Of a stretch of 64,000 nt of DNA, positions 30,483-40,141 are shown in pieces. Source of the DNA: a virus; the IMG/VR virus record IMGVR_UViG_3300019776_000213, positions 15,767 to 79,766 of that record, one strand, 5' to 3'. Made by a program: the position numbers and the translations under genes. A model generated the notes under the pieces. That model made no database searches and had not been told where the DNA came from. It saw nothing but the letters and a program-made list of their open reading frames with translations. Each line of letters starts with the position of its first letter. Positions within the stretch are counted from its first letter, which is position 1.

Positions 30483-31511
30483 TTAGTTAGAAGTAGTCGC
30501 TGTAACTACCAAATTTGGTCTCAACAAGCATGAAACATGGTTACTTTCGCTCTCAATTTGTATAGCAGTACCATTCAAAGCAGGTTGCTCGAAGTAGTAC
30601 ACTTGCTCACCAAGAGTATTTACCAGACCGAAACGTTCTGCTGGTGCAAAGTAAGTCATGAATGCATCTGTACCAGTTGGCAAGAAGTAAGCTTCACCAG
30701 CATTCAACAAACGTACGCCGTTATAAGCATCACGCATTTCGATGAAACGTACACCCATATGGAAGAACTCACGATGGTAAGCTACAGCAGTGTTACCGTT
30801 TGCTGTCATACGTTGACGCAGAGGTTCTTGTGTAGATGTATAGTATTGGTAAGCCTGCTTGATTGTTGGATGGATAATCAGTTTAGAGAACCATTCTGGA
30901 GAGCACAAGCAAACAACACCAGTAATTGTAACCATACCAGAGTTATCTTGAATAGCTGCAATAGCTTGTTCAATTTTAGCAGTGATTTCAGTTGTTGGCG
31001 TACCGAACAAGAAGTCGATAGATGTACGAGTTGCACCGAATTCAGTGTTCCAGTCTTGTACCACTGTGCCGTTAGGCGCAAATACTGTACCAGAAACGAT
31101 AGCTTGGGCACGAGCTTTTTCAAGAGTAGCTGCATGAGACAAACGGATACGCTCCATTTTACGCATACGTACTGCTTCCATGCTATCGGCAGCAGACAAG
31201 TCTTCATACGCAGATTTACCTTGAATATCTTTTGGAAGAATTTGATCATCCAATGGGAAGTGAGGCACTGCGAATGTATGAATTTTACGAGAGTAATCTT
31301 TGTTTTGGTTAGAACGGTCGCCACGTACACGATCCAGAACGATACCAAAATCTTTATTGATCTCTTGGAAAGCAACTACTTGCTCTGCAACAGACTGTTC
31401 TTGGAAAATACCAAGTTGCCCAATAGTACCCCATGTATTAGGGATAATATTAATTGCTCTCGTGTAATCAATTACATTAAAGGGCGAGTTAAAGTCACGA
31501 ATGATAGACAT
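30483..31511 (-). CDS. major capsid protein (lambda E family)
   Basis: 342 aa, strongly biased codons, follows S49 protease/scaffold/decoration genes. Confidence 0.9.
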   Translation of the reverse strand: MSIIRDFNSPFNVIDYTRAINIIPNTWGTIGQLGIFQEQSVAEQVVAFQEINKDFGIVLDRVRGDRSNQNKDYSRKIHTFAVPHFPLDDQILPKDIQGKSAYEDLSAADSMEAVRMRKMERIRLSHAATLEKARAQAIVSGTVFAPNGTVVQDWNTEFGATRTSIDFLFGTPTTEITAKIEQAIAAIQDNSGMVTITGVVCLCSPEWFSKLIIHPTIKQAYQYYTSTQEPLRQRMTANGNTAVAYHREFFHMGVRFIEMRDAYNGVRLLNAGEAYFLPTGTDAFMTYFAPAERFGLVNTLGEQVYYFEQPALNGTAIQIESESNHVSCLLRPNLVVTATTSN

Positions 31512-31543
31512 TATATGTTTTCCTTTTTAATTGTTAGTTTATT

Positions 31544-31969
31544 TTAGTTTGTAGCTTCTACTAAAATCCCGACAGATTTCAAGGAAGCATAAGCTGCCAA
31601 CTTCTGTGCATTAGTACTGAAACTTGCATCCAACTTCAATGCCCCTAGACTGAGAACTACTTTACCGCGTGTCAGAGCCAGTACAGGAGTGTCTGTAGTA
31701 GCTGCGATAGCTGTATCTTGAGCCAGACCTGTTTTACCATCACCAATAAACACTGCTACTGGATTCTGAGAGCCATCTGCTGCTGCTTGTTTAGATACGA
31801 TATATTTACCAGATGCTGTAATCTTGCCCAACACTGTACCTACAGAGTATGTGACAGCAGAAGCTTCATTTACTGTCAGAACATCTGTAAATAGTTCTGG
31901 GTTATTAGGAGCATCATACTTTTTAACGAGATTAGATAAGCGGTTGCTATCTGTTGCAATAACTGCCAT
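31544..31969 (-). CDS. head decoration protein (lambda D-like)
   Basis: GTVLGKITASGKY..ADGSQ motif. Confidence 0.85.
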   Translation of the reverse strand: MAVIATDSNRLSNLVKKYDAPNNPELFTDVLTVNEASAVTYSVGTVLGKITASGKYIVSKQAAADGSQNPVAVFIGDGKTGLAQDTAIAATTDTPVLALTRGKVVLSLGALKLDASFSTNAQKLAAYASLKSVGILVEATN

Positions 31970-31989
31970 TTTATATTTTCCTTTAAAGA

Positions 31990-32484
31990 TTATTTAGAAT
32001 GATATTTTTCAGCGAGTTTTGCTTCAAGCGAACTCTGCGTATCTTCTACTTTGGACAAATCCACATCACCAGTGATACCAGCTTCTGTGAACATTGGAGA
32101 TGCTGCTTCTTTCTCCATCGAGACAGCCATTGCTCCAACAATAGCTTCAAACTGTGCATCAGCAAGACCTTCAGTAGCTTCCAATAGAGCATCTGCTTTA
32201 CCAGTGCCAACTGCTGCTACAATCTTTTCTTTACGTGCTGCCAACTCTTTTTCTTTTGCTTGTGTTGCAAGCAACTGCTTAGCTTCTTCAGATTTATCTA
32301 AAGCTGCTTTGATCACTTCATAATCAGCAGAAAGTTTTGTGTATTTATCAGAAAGTTCTTGGAAGATACCTACTTGGTCTTCTAAGGATTTCTTGGTAGC
32401 TACAAGTTGATCGGAGAGTTCTGCTGCTGACATCTCTACATCACCTTGGTTGCTTTTCATAAATTTTTGGATGCCTTTAAGCAT
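31990..32484 (-). CDS. scaffolding protein
   Basis: Ala/Glu/Lys coiled coil between protease and decoration genes. Confidence 0.7.
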   Translation of the reverse strand: MLKGIQKFMKSNQGDVEMSAAELSDQLVATKKSLEDQVGIFQELSDKYTKLSADYEVIKAALDKSEEAKQLLATQAKEKELAARKEKIVAAVGTGKADALLEATEGLADAQFEAIVGAMAVSMEKEAASPMFTEAGITGDVDLSKVEDTQSSLEAKLAEKYHSK

Positions 32485-33362
32485 TACATACTCCCTTTAT
32501 TTTGTGAAACTACATATTTTACAAACTCTCGATTAGTCATAACCCCACTAACCAATTCATTGCTGAGAGATTGATCAGCATCAAATGTTGCTGCTTCAAA
32601 ACCTCGAATGATCTTCGCATCAAGTCCAGTGTACTTAGCAACATGCTCTACAAAAGAATTGTTCATTTTATCAACACTATCTTGAATTTCTTGCAAGAAC
32701 TCTTTCTTGAAAGCTCCAGATTCATCGAATGGTACTTTGTTAGCGCCAGAGGTAATATAGATACGTTTATATCCTTCTTCTTTATCATGTTCGCTCGTAT
32801 CTAACAGAGCTACTACACAACCAATGCTTCCTGCACAAGCTGTAGGATTGATGTATAATTCGTCGCACACACATGCAATTGCATAAGCTGCTGAGCAGGC
32901 AATTTCATCAATGTAGCCAATTAGCTTTACTCCAGCTTCATCACACATTGCACGAATGTTATTGGCTGTCTCAAAACAGTGTGCCGCCGAGCCGCCGCCA
33001 GAACTGAAATTGAGAATGATAGTTGTGTTACCATCTTCAATAGCTTCTTCAACGTCTTCTTCAAGTTGCTGATAAGAAGTACCAACTAATCCGCACATCG
33101 TCATAACTGGTTTGTACGTCAGACTGCCACAAACTTCAATCACTGTAACTGGAAGTGGAGACTCATCAAAGTCATCCATATCATCAGGTTCTTCTTCCTC
33201 ATCCTCTTGTTCTTGTGGCATATCTGCTTGAGGAACTAGGAGTTGAAGTCCTTCATTCCTCTTTTGTAGATAGCTAAGAATAGTTTCAAAAGATTGTGTA
33301 TCAATCAGTTGTGGTGTGTTATACAAACTTGATGTAAGCCTTATTAGGCTATGATTTATCAT
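32484..33362 (-). CDS. prohead protease, peptidase S49
   Basis: SSGGGSA, ACSAAYAIA, GSIG motifs. Confidence 0.9.
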   Translation of the reverse strand: MINHSLIRLTSSLYNTPQLIDTQSFETILSYLQKRNEGLQLLVPQADMPQEQEDEEEEPDDMDDFDESPLPVTVIEVCGSLTYKPVMTMCGLVGTSYQQLEEDVEEAIEDGNTTIILNFSSGGGSAAHCFETANNIRAMCDEAGVKLIGYIDEIACSAAYAIACVCDELYINPTACAGSIGCVVALLDTSEHDKEEGYKRIYITSGANKVPFDESGAFKKEFLQEIQDSVDKMNNSFVEHVAKYTGLDAKIIRGFEAATFDADQSLSNELVSGVMTNREFVKYVVSQNKGSM

Positions 33363-33374
33363 ATTTAAGGCTCC

Positions 33375-34877
33375 TTATGGCGCATTAGATTTATTAGCAA
33401 CAGAGTTGTCTCGTGTGCTTGTTGAGTTAGAGCCACCATTAAGTCCTCCAACATCTGTATTGAAGCTCTTACCTGTCTTAGTTTCTACTTGACCTGTATT
33501 GATTGCTTCTAAGTCTGGAGGAGCATTTTTATCTTTTTCTGATGCACCAATAGATTTACGAACAATATTCAATACTTCACGATCTACTTCTAACAGACCA
33601 ACAGCTTTAACACGTTGCAGATAAGCTCCAAGAGAATCTAAATCTGGCTGCTCAATATCACTATAAACAAACTGAGCCATACGTTCGCAAGACCAACCGT
33701 TAGCTCTGTAGATATCCCGCATCAAGTCTTGATTCAAAGTTTCTTGTATTTCTTTTAACTTGGAGTCAATAGCAAGAGATAAGATAGATGTTTTGGATTC
33801 TGCAAGACTGTAACTACCACTACCAGAGCTACCAAGCTGCACAACGTCAACATTGAGAGCAGACAATATATACTGGCGTAATGTGTCGATTGCTTTTTGA
33901 GTGTCATATTTTGCTTTACCTTTGGCTTCCATTAGTTCATACTTGAACATAGGAAGTTTGGAATCAGGATCAATAAAGTTAGGGACTAACAAGCCTCGTT
34001 GAGTGCCAGCATTATAGTTATCAATAATTGTCTGGAAGGCTGCTGCTGTAGCTTTATCTTCAGGACTGGCATCTGGTGAAAGATATTTAGGAGGAATCTC
34101 AATTTTAAGAATACCTTGAACATCTTTGGTGATACCTAACAGAAGGGACTCTTGCAACAATGTCATCTGCTTATAAGCAAGATAAACATTCTTGTAAATA
34201 CTATTACCTTCTGGATTACCCTTTGTAGCATTTGTATTGAATAGAAGAATCTTTGATCTGTCCATTTCAATAAGACCACGATCATTCAATCTATCCATGA
34301 ACAAATATGCACGTTCCATGTATTGCAGAGATTGCTGAACATTTAAGATTTCAGAGCCATCTGGAGAAAATTGCCAACGGCGTATTGTCTCAGGGTTACG
34401 AGTAGGTAACTTTTTAAGTCCTATTAACCCATCGTTGAACTTAGAACCATTCTTTAACAAGCGTCTGCGAAAGACTTTCTCATTAATTGCAAAACCATAT
34501 TCTAAATAAGGAATAACTGATTCTATGAAATAGTTCCAACTATGTTCCATATCATGCATCATAGATTCTACGATATCTGCACGTTCTTTATCTCTTTCAT
34601 CTGACTCTGGATGAGCCTCTACTCTCCAATTTACCCTTGTCATCATAAACCTATAAACATTCATCGCTGTTCCAACCGTTGGGTTGTTTCGCATTTCGTT
34701 AATAGTTTTGATAAAGGCTGGATATCGAAAAGCTCGTTGCTGTTCTTCAAAGATATGACCATTTGTACTTCGTAGACCAATAAACCCTTGCTCTTTCATT
34801 TGGATTCGTGGTATAGTCACACCATCATCAGGACTAGCAGCACTGACTACGCCATCTGGCGTGTTAATATCTGGCAT
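33375..34877 (-). CDS. portal protein
   Basis: 500 aa between TerL and protease; YGFAINEK, NPEG, GSYSLAE motifs. Confidence 0.88.
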   Translation of the reverse strand: MPDINTPDGVVSAASPDDGVTIPRIQMKEQGFIGLRSTNGHIFEEQQRAFRYPAFIKTINEMRNNPTVGTAMNVYRFMMTRVNWRVEAHPESDERDKERADIVESMMHDMEHSWNYFIESVIPYLEYGFAINEKVFRRRLLKNGSKFNDGLIGLKKLPTRNPETIRRWQFSPDGSEILNVQQSLQYMERAYLFMDRLNDRGLIEMDRSKILLFNTNATKGNPEGNSIYKNVYLAYKQMTLLQESLLLGITKDVQGILKIEIPPKYLSPDASPEDKATAAAFQTIIDNYNAGTQRGLLVPNFIDPDSKLPMFKYELMEAKGKAKYDTQKAIDTLRQYILSALNVDVVQLGSSGSGSYSLAESKTSILSLAIDSKLKEIQETLNQDLMRDIYRANGWSCERMAQFVYSDIEQPDLDSLGAYLQRVKAVGLLEVDREVLNIVRKSIGASEKDKNAPPDLEAINTGQVETKTGKSFNTDVGGLNGGSNSTSTRDNSVANKSNAP

Positions 34878-34954
34878 TGTAGCTCCTTGTTGCTAGTGAA
34901 CATGAGATTGTTAATTAAAACAGAGTCTCATGTTACATTTAATTTATGCTGCGG

Positions 34955-34982
34955 ATTATATCACAACTTTTCCATTTGTCAA
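34955..34982 (-). promoter_or_regulatory. promoter upstream of portal
   Basis: TTGACA-16-TATAAT with TG extension; same layout at 28026-28053 and 38684-38711. Confidence 0.65.
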
Positions 34983-35000
34983 TAGTTTTGTTGTAAATAA

Positions 35001-36452
35001 TTAATAAACTGTTGGAATTGGAGAGGATTGTGATAGGTTTGGTATGGCGAATGTGGGGATTGTATAAGATTTTAGCAGTGCTTTCATGGCCGACGCGCAG
35101 GAGTCCCATAAATCGTCCTTTTGCTTTCTGTTACCATCAATGAAATTTTCAAGTTCTGTAAATAAAAACTCATTCCATTCAGGGTCAACCAATACTTTTA
35201 CAAACCCTGCTTCAGCTAGAGTAAGGAACGGTTGCATCCTTTGTAATTTGCTCTTGGTTCCACCTGTCCTATCAACCCTTGCATCTACTCCTGCGTCTAC
35301 TAGTGTCTTTAAGAAAAACATTGTTGCCGCTTTAGCTGCTACACCAACGTCCTCTGGTATATATACAGGGCAATTAATTCCCAAACCTTTATCTCTTTTA
35401 TCTGTTTCAATAATAGTATCAAGAACACCATTTATTAGTTTGCGATACTTTTCAGCGTGATGTATAATATAATAACCGTCTTTAGTTTTTGACATCATGA
35501 CAGATGCAGTCCAGTCTGGGTCTGGATAAGCCTCAGAAGGTAAACTGCCTGCCAAGTCCATTGCCCTTACCGTACTTACTATGTTATCAGGTAATTCTGT
35601 AATCATCTCACACCAAGCTCGTTTAAAGTAGCCTTGTGTTTCTTGAATAGCGTGCCAGCTTCCTAAGAAAAGACGTTCTCGTTCAGTTCTTTTAAGATTT
35701 TGTAAACGGTTCAGGTATGCTGGCTGCTCACGGCACAGCACAGGATTGTCAAGAATTGTCGCAGAGATATAAGTGTAGCTTTGAGCATGTATAGTGTCTC
35801 CATATAGTGTTTCAAGTTCCTCTTTTGAGTCTGCTGTTACAGTTTCGCCATTATACGTAGCATACCATCGTTCTTTTCCAGATAATTCAGGTCGTGGAAT
35901 ACCTGTATCCATGTCTAGGTATGCTTGTACAAACTTATATAAGTAAGAAGTTCTTGATGGGTTAGCTGTGCAAATTAACTGATGTGGTGCTTTAGCTTTA
36001 GACCTGATACGTGATTCAAGGTATTTAATTTGCACTTCACTATGCCATTGAGCTTCATCGAATATTACTAATGAGTATTGTCCACCGTCGAAGTTATTAA
36101 TATCCCTGTCTGCACCACATACTTTAAACTGTACTTGCGCGCCAGATGGAAAAGTTGCAGACATCGTAGGGTGAGACTTGAACTTAGCCCCATAATCCCT
36201 CCACATATCCTGAGCTTCCATGAACAGACCACCAGCTTGAGTAAGTTGTGTACTTGTCTCACGAATAAACACTGCCCTAAAAAAGGGGTCATTAACATAT
36301 TTTAATATTAACATCAGTGCTTGGTGTGACTTGCCTGATCCAGCACCGCCGCCGAAGATGACGAAGTTAGACTTACAGTTTAAAAACATCTTATGAGCTT
36401 CTGAGGAAGGAGCTAATACCTTCCTCTTATTCTCTTTAACCTCTTTACTCAT
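35001..36452 (-). CDS. terL: terminase large subunit
   Basis: Walker A GGGAGSGKS, Walker B VIFDE, TANP, nuclease DLA..DD.WD. Confidence 0.95.
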   Translation of the reverse strand: MSKEVKENKRKVLAPSSEAHKMFLNCKSNFVIFGGGAGSGKSHQALMLILKYVNDPFFRAVFIRETSTQLTQAGGLFMEAQDMWRDYGAKFKSHPTMSATFPSGAQVQFKVCGADRDINNFDGGQYSLVIFDEAQWHSEVQIKYLESRIRSKAKAPHQLICTANPSRTSYLYKFVQAYLDMDTGIPRPELSGKERWYATYNGETVTADSKEELETLYGDTIHAQSYTYISATILDNPVLCREQPAYLNRLQNLKRTERERLFLGSWHAIQETQGYFKRAWCEMITELPDNIVSTVRAMDLAGSLPSEAYPDPDWTASVMMSKTKDGYYIIHHAEKYRKLINGVLDTIIETDKRDKGLGINCPVYIPEDVGVAAKAATMFFLKTLVDAGVDARVDRTGGTKSKLQRMQPFLTLAEAGFVKVLVDPEWNEFLFTELENFIDGNRKQKDDLWDSCASAMKALLKSYTIPTFAIPNLSQSSPIPTVY

Positions 36453-37315
36453 TAATTACCTCCGTTTTATTGTTATCTATATTGACACGGAGGTTTATTT
36501 CATCTATAATTAACTGCCTAAGACTGTCAATATCTACGTCGTAGAAACACTCAGAATACCCATGAAAATATTTTACTGGTTGATCATAATTAGACTTTAG
36601 ATATTTCAATATTATTTGTTCTATATCCCTGCAATAGATACCATTCATGCAGAAGTTATCTATTATTTTAAAGTCTAACTTACTCTTTCTACGAATGTAG
36701 GCACAACGCGCACTTCTGACAGCCTAGACTTACAAGATGAATAGATGGCTTTTGTTTAAACACACCGTGCTTACTACATATAATTTTTACATAAGTAGCA
36801 GTATTTACATAATCTACCAAAGAGTAATCATACCTGTTACCGTGTCTGCTCTTTGCTTTTTCAATAAACTCTTCTGTCGTTAATAACTTGCTCTTGCATA
36901 AGTTATAGCAAAATTCTTTACCACATGAAGGACAACCTTGTTTCATATTTACATGCGCATAAGGCGACTGAGCGAACTCACCATGTTTTCCACAAATTAT
37001 CTTGACTTTAGAGTCGCAATCAGTATATTCTATTAGTGAGTAGTCATACTTATCTCCATGAATTGATTTTGCATTTGCTATAAAACCATCTTTACCTATC
37101 TTTTTGTGTTTACTTTTAAGACTATTTCCACACTTAGTGCAACCATAGCCATTTATATGCCAAGTAGGAGTTTGTAATACGTCACCATGTACAGGACAGC
37201 CTATTATTACCTTTTCAGTGCTGCATTTATACACTACTTTACTGTAGTTGTACTTAGTTCCATGTTTAGCAATAGCTTTCTTAATAAAATCTTCTGTTGT
37301 AACTTTTATTCCCAT
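36445..37315 (-). pseudogene. degenerate homing endonuclease (Zn-ribbon repeats, broken C-terminal nuclease)
   Basis: three HG.KYDYS..C..HG..H...GCxxC repeats; the C-terminal part (..IEQ..GYSECF) lies in another frame after about 36705. Confidence 0.7.
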
Positions 37316-37736
37316 ATAACCCTTCCAAGGTTGTTTTCAAATAGTATTATTTCTGACAACTCAACACGTATTGGAAGGGTTTGCCAAGCTGCCAGAAATA
37401 ATAACACTCAAAAGCAAAAAGCCACTACAGGAACCCCTATAGCAGCCTCTTGTATTACTCTATCACAGAAGACTCTCTGCAATATATCTGGCTCACACGC
37501 TTCCATTGTCCAGACTTGCTGCAACATTCCTTGCAGCTTCTCCACAAATATAGACCTACTTATAGGTCGCATTTAAAGCAGCACCCTCAATCGAGGTAAG
37601 GAGAGGAGGAGAAAAACCCTCAAAAGAAGATGCTAGTTTAAATGCACCTTATAATAGGGGAACTATAAATAGAGATACTATAAATAGTAACGATCCTGCT
37701 GATAAGATGACTTTAGCTTGATCAGAGCCTTATAAC

Positions 37737-37812
37737 TGGAGCGACGTGTCGGAGTCGAACCGACGACATATAGATTGGAAATCTATCGTTCTTCCAACTG
37801 AACTAACATCGC
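37737..37812 (-). tRNA. tRNA-Gly(TCC)
   Basis: 76-nt cloverleaf, GCGATGT/ACGTCGC acceptor stem, U73, encoded CCA, anticodon loop TTTCCAA, GTTCGAC T-loop. Confidence 0.93.
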
Positions 37813-37820
37813 TTTGAAAC

Positions 37821-37866
37821 TGGCAAACGTGGTAGGATTTGAACCTACGACTTTCGGTTTTGGAGA
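37821..37866 (-). pseudogene. 3' half of tRNA-Trp(CCA)
   Basis: TCTCCAAAACCG..GTAGGTTCAAATCCTAC CACGTTT G CCA; no D-arm or 5' acceptor strand upstream. Confidence 0.75.
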
Positions 37867-37869
37867 TCA

Positions 37870-38244
37870 CATAATATTCGCTATTCGCAAATACAGAATA
37901 ATTGCCCCGTATTACTCAGTGAGAAAGTGCCGAGGACTTTAGGAATCGTCATTCCATTTCTTTTATTACAAGGGACATTTCTACACACTTATTCGGATTT
38001 CATCATCACCGTATCAAGGCATGTGTCTTCGGTGAATCGTGTAGAGGGTTTAGTTGCAGTACATAGCGTCAATTCGCACACAGATGCCTACCTGTTTTAT
38101 CCCAATAACCCATTAGCACGTAAGTGCCACCTCGAACTGCATTTTACTACATCACTCGCATGGGTAACAACTTCTGTCCATCGCACCAGTGATACAAACT
38201 AAACGGTAAGAGCCTTTCTGTTAACAGGATACGATCTAGTTTGT
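37870..38244 (-). ncRNA. candidate large structured ncRNA
   Basis: consecutive long-range helices starting at the predicted +1 of a consensus promoter; no ORF on this strand. Confidence 0.6.
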
Positions 38245-38250
38245 TTTATA

Positions 38251-38280
38251 ATTATACTACATACACCTATGATTTGTCAA
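38251..38280 (-). promoter_or_regulatory. promoter of the RNA/tRNA cluster
   Basis: TTGACA-18-TATAAT. Confidence 0.75.
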
Positions 38281-38288
38281 GTGTTATT

Positions 38289-38654
38289 TTATTCCACGTC
38301 AACAATATTATCAAAATCAATCAAAGGAGTATTATCTTCATCTTCCTCAGTCTCAAACTCGCCATCTGGAACAGAATCTTTAAAGTATTGCAACTGTTTC
38401 TCTAGACGATAAATCTTATCCATATTCTCTTCTTTAAGAACATCAAGATATTTTGTAACAAGAATCTTAGCTGCTGTCACTTTCATACTAGTAGCTTCTT
38501 GAGGGTCATTAATAGTGCTTGCAAGAAACTCTACAGAATTATTAAAATACTTTGAAAGCTTACGTCTTGCTGAATCTCTGCTCTTATTCTTAGTGATGAA
38601 GCCTCGTGCTACTTGGGTTGTAGTCACTTTAGTTGGTTGATCTGGTAGTGCCAT
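38289..38654 (-). CDS. probable terminase small subunit
   Basis: first late gene upstream of TerL; helical, KVTAAKIL motif, acidic tail. Confidence 0.55.
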   Translation of the reverse strand: MALPDQPTKVTTTQVARGFITKNKSRDSARRKLSKYFNNSVEFLASTINDPQEATSMKVTAAKILVTKYLDVLKEENMDKIYRLEKQLQYFKDSVPDGEFETEEDEDNTPLIDFDNIVDVE

Positions 38655-38796
38655 TATGTTGCTCCTATTCCTTAATAAGTCGAATTGTATCAGAAAATTC
38701 TCATTTGTCAAGTATTATTTGCAATATAAATTAACACTTGCATTTTTCAGAAGTTGTGGTATTATTCGGATTATTGCAAGAAACAAGGAGAAAGTA

Positions 38797-40076
38797 ATGA
38801 ATATTGACACAGCAACACTTGACGAACTTACAGACTTCTTATATGATTGTGACTGCCCACTATTCACAGCACAAGCTCTAAAAGATATGTGCAAAGAAAG
38901 TGGCAACACTATTACAATGTATAAGGTACAAATAGCAGAACAGTCAGTAATTGCAAGATCAGCATTAGAACGTATGGAATATTTGATTTACCAATTAGAA
39001 CAGGAGCAACAATGATTGACGACACAATGCCAGAAGATAGTCTTGATAACTTTGATGTCAACAAATATTTAGATGAGTATTATTTACAAGAAGAACTAAA
39101 AGAGGAAGATGTTAATATTCCAAATTTAGATTGGTCAAATTACGATTGAAAGGGCTTACATGGTAAAAGTAACAACATGTACTGAAAATAAAGCCTTTGC
39201 TGTAGAGAATACAGAAACAGGCACAGGATACTATGGAGGGGAATTTGAATATAATTCAATCTCTTTCAAAGATGGAATTGTAGATTTTCTTCAAGAATAC
39301 TTAATGCTTGAAATTGAAGAAGCTACTTGCGCAGCCAAGCAGTTAGAGCTTTGGCACGAATTATTAATTTTACAAGGAGAAAACATTGTCTGATACAATT
39401 AACATTATTGAAAAAACGGTGGCTGGATTTGTAACTGAAGCTGAAAAACTTATTAAAGATGGTTATGTATTCTTTGAAGAAGGCTTGGAATATCCTACTC
39501 AAGGCTTCTTGTACGAAGCTGTTATGAAGAAAGGTAAAGCAGTTCCTGTAGAAGACAATTCTCCACATGTTACAATTGCATTTGCAAGCTTTGGTGACTT
39601 TGCTATGACTATTCAAAAGTATGTAGCTAATAACTATGATGTTGATCTTCGGGATGGATATGCGCCTGATCTTACACATCAGTTTATTGCTACTCTACAT
39701 AAGCGTCCTGAAGAAATTATTCCAACTTCTAAGTTCGAAGATGTTGAAAAGCAATTTGTGAAACCACGAGCTAAACCTAATAAAGCTAAGACAGGAGGTG
39801 ACAATGACGTATGAAGCACCGAAACGATTCACTGCTACGAATGACGTTACTGGAGCATTAATTAAGAGTAAAACTGATAACCATGAAGCTTACGCTAATG
39901 GGTATGAAATCTTGAAGAATGGTGTTGCACAAGTAAATAACTATCCTGAAACTAAGTTCCCTATCCGTGGAAGAGTTAGTAAGAAAGTGCTTGCTGACTT
40001 AGAACACTATGTTATTGACAACAACACAACTATTGAAGATGTAGTTGAACTTGCACTAATAGACTATTTTAAATAA
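38797..40076 (+). CDS. cluster of hypothetical genes; the last (39804..40076) ends in a ribbon-helix-helix-like domain
   Basis: RBS-preceded ORFs; FPIRGRVSKKV...VVELALIDYF. Confidence 0.6.
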
Positions 40077-40141
40077 TTAGCCTATACATAGCCAGTGAAG
40101 CAAGCTGGCTATAATAATAATATCTAATGGAGGAATAATCC

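Noticed and set aside
30537-31547. 336-aa ORF antisense to the major capsid gene
   Set aside because: No RBS or recognisable motifs; best explained as a shadow of strong codon bias in a highly expressed gene.
37187-38202. Plus-strand ORFs 37187..37576 and 37927..38202
   Set aside because: Antisense to the promoter/tRNA direction, no RBS, atypical composition.
37821-38244. tmRNA or intron-split tRNA-Trp
   Set aside because: No 5' acceptor strand matching CACGTTT, no Ala identity elements or tag ORF, and no group I/II core motifs were recognised.
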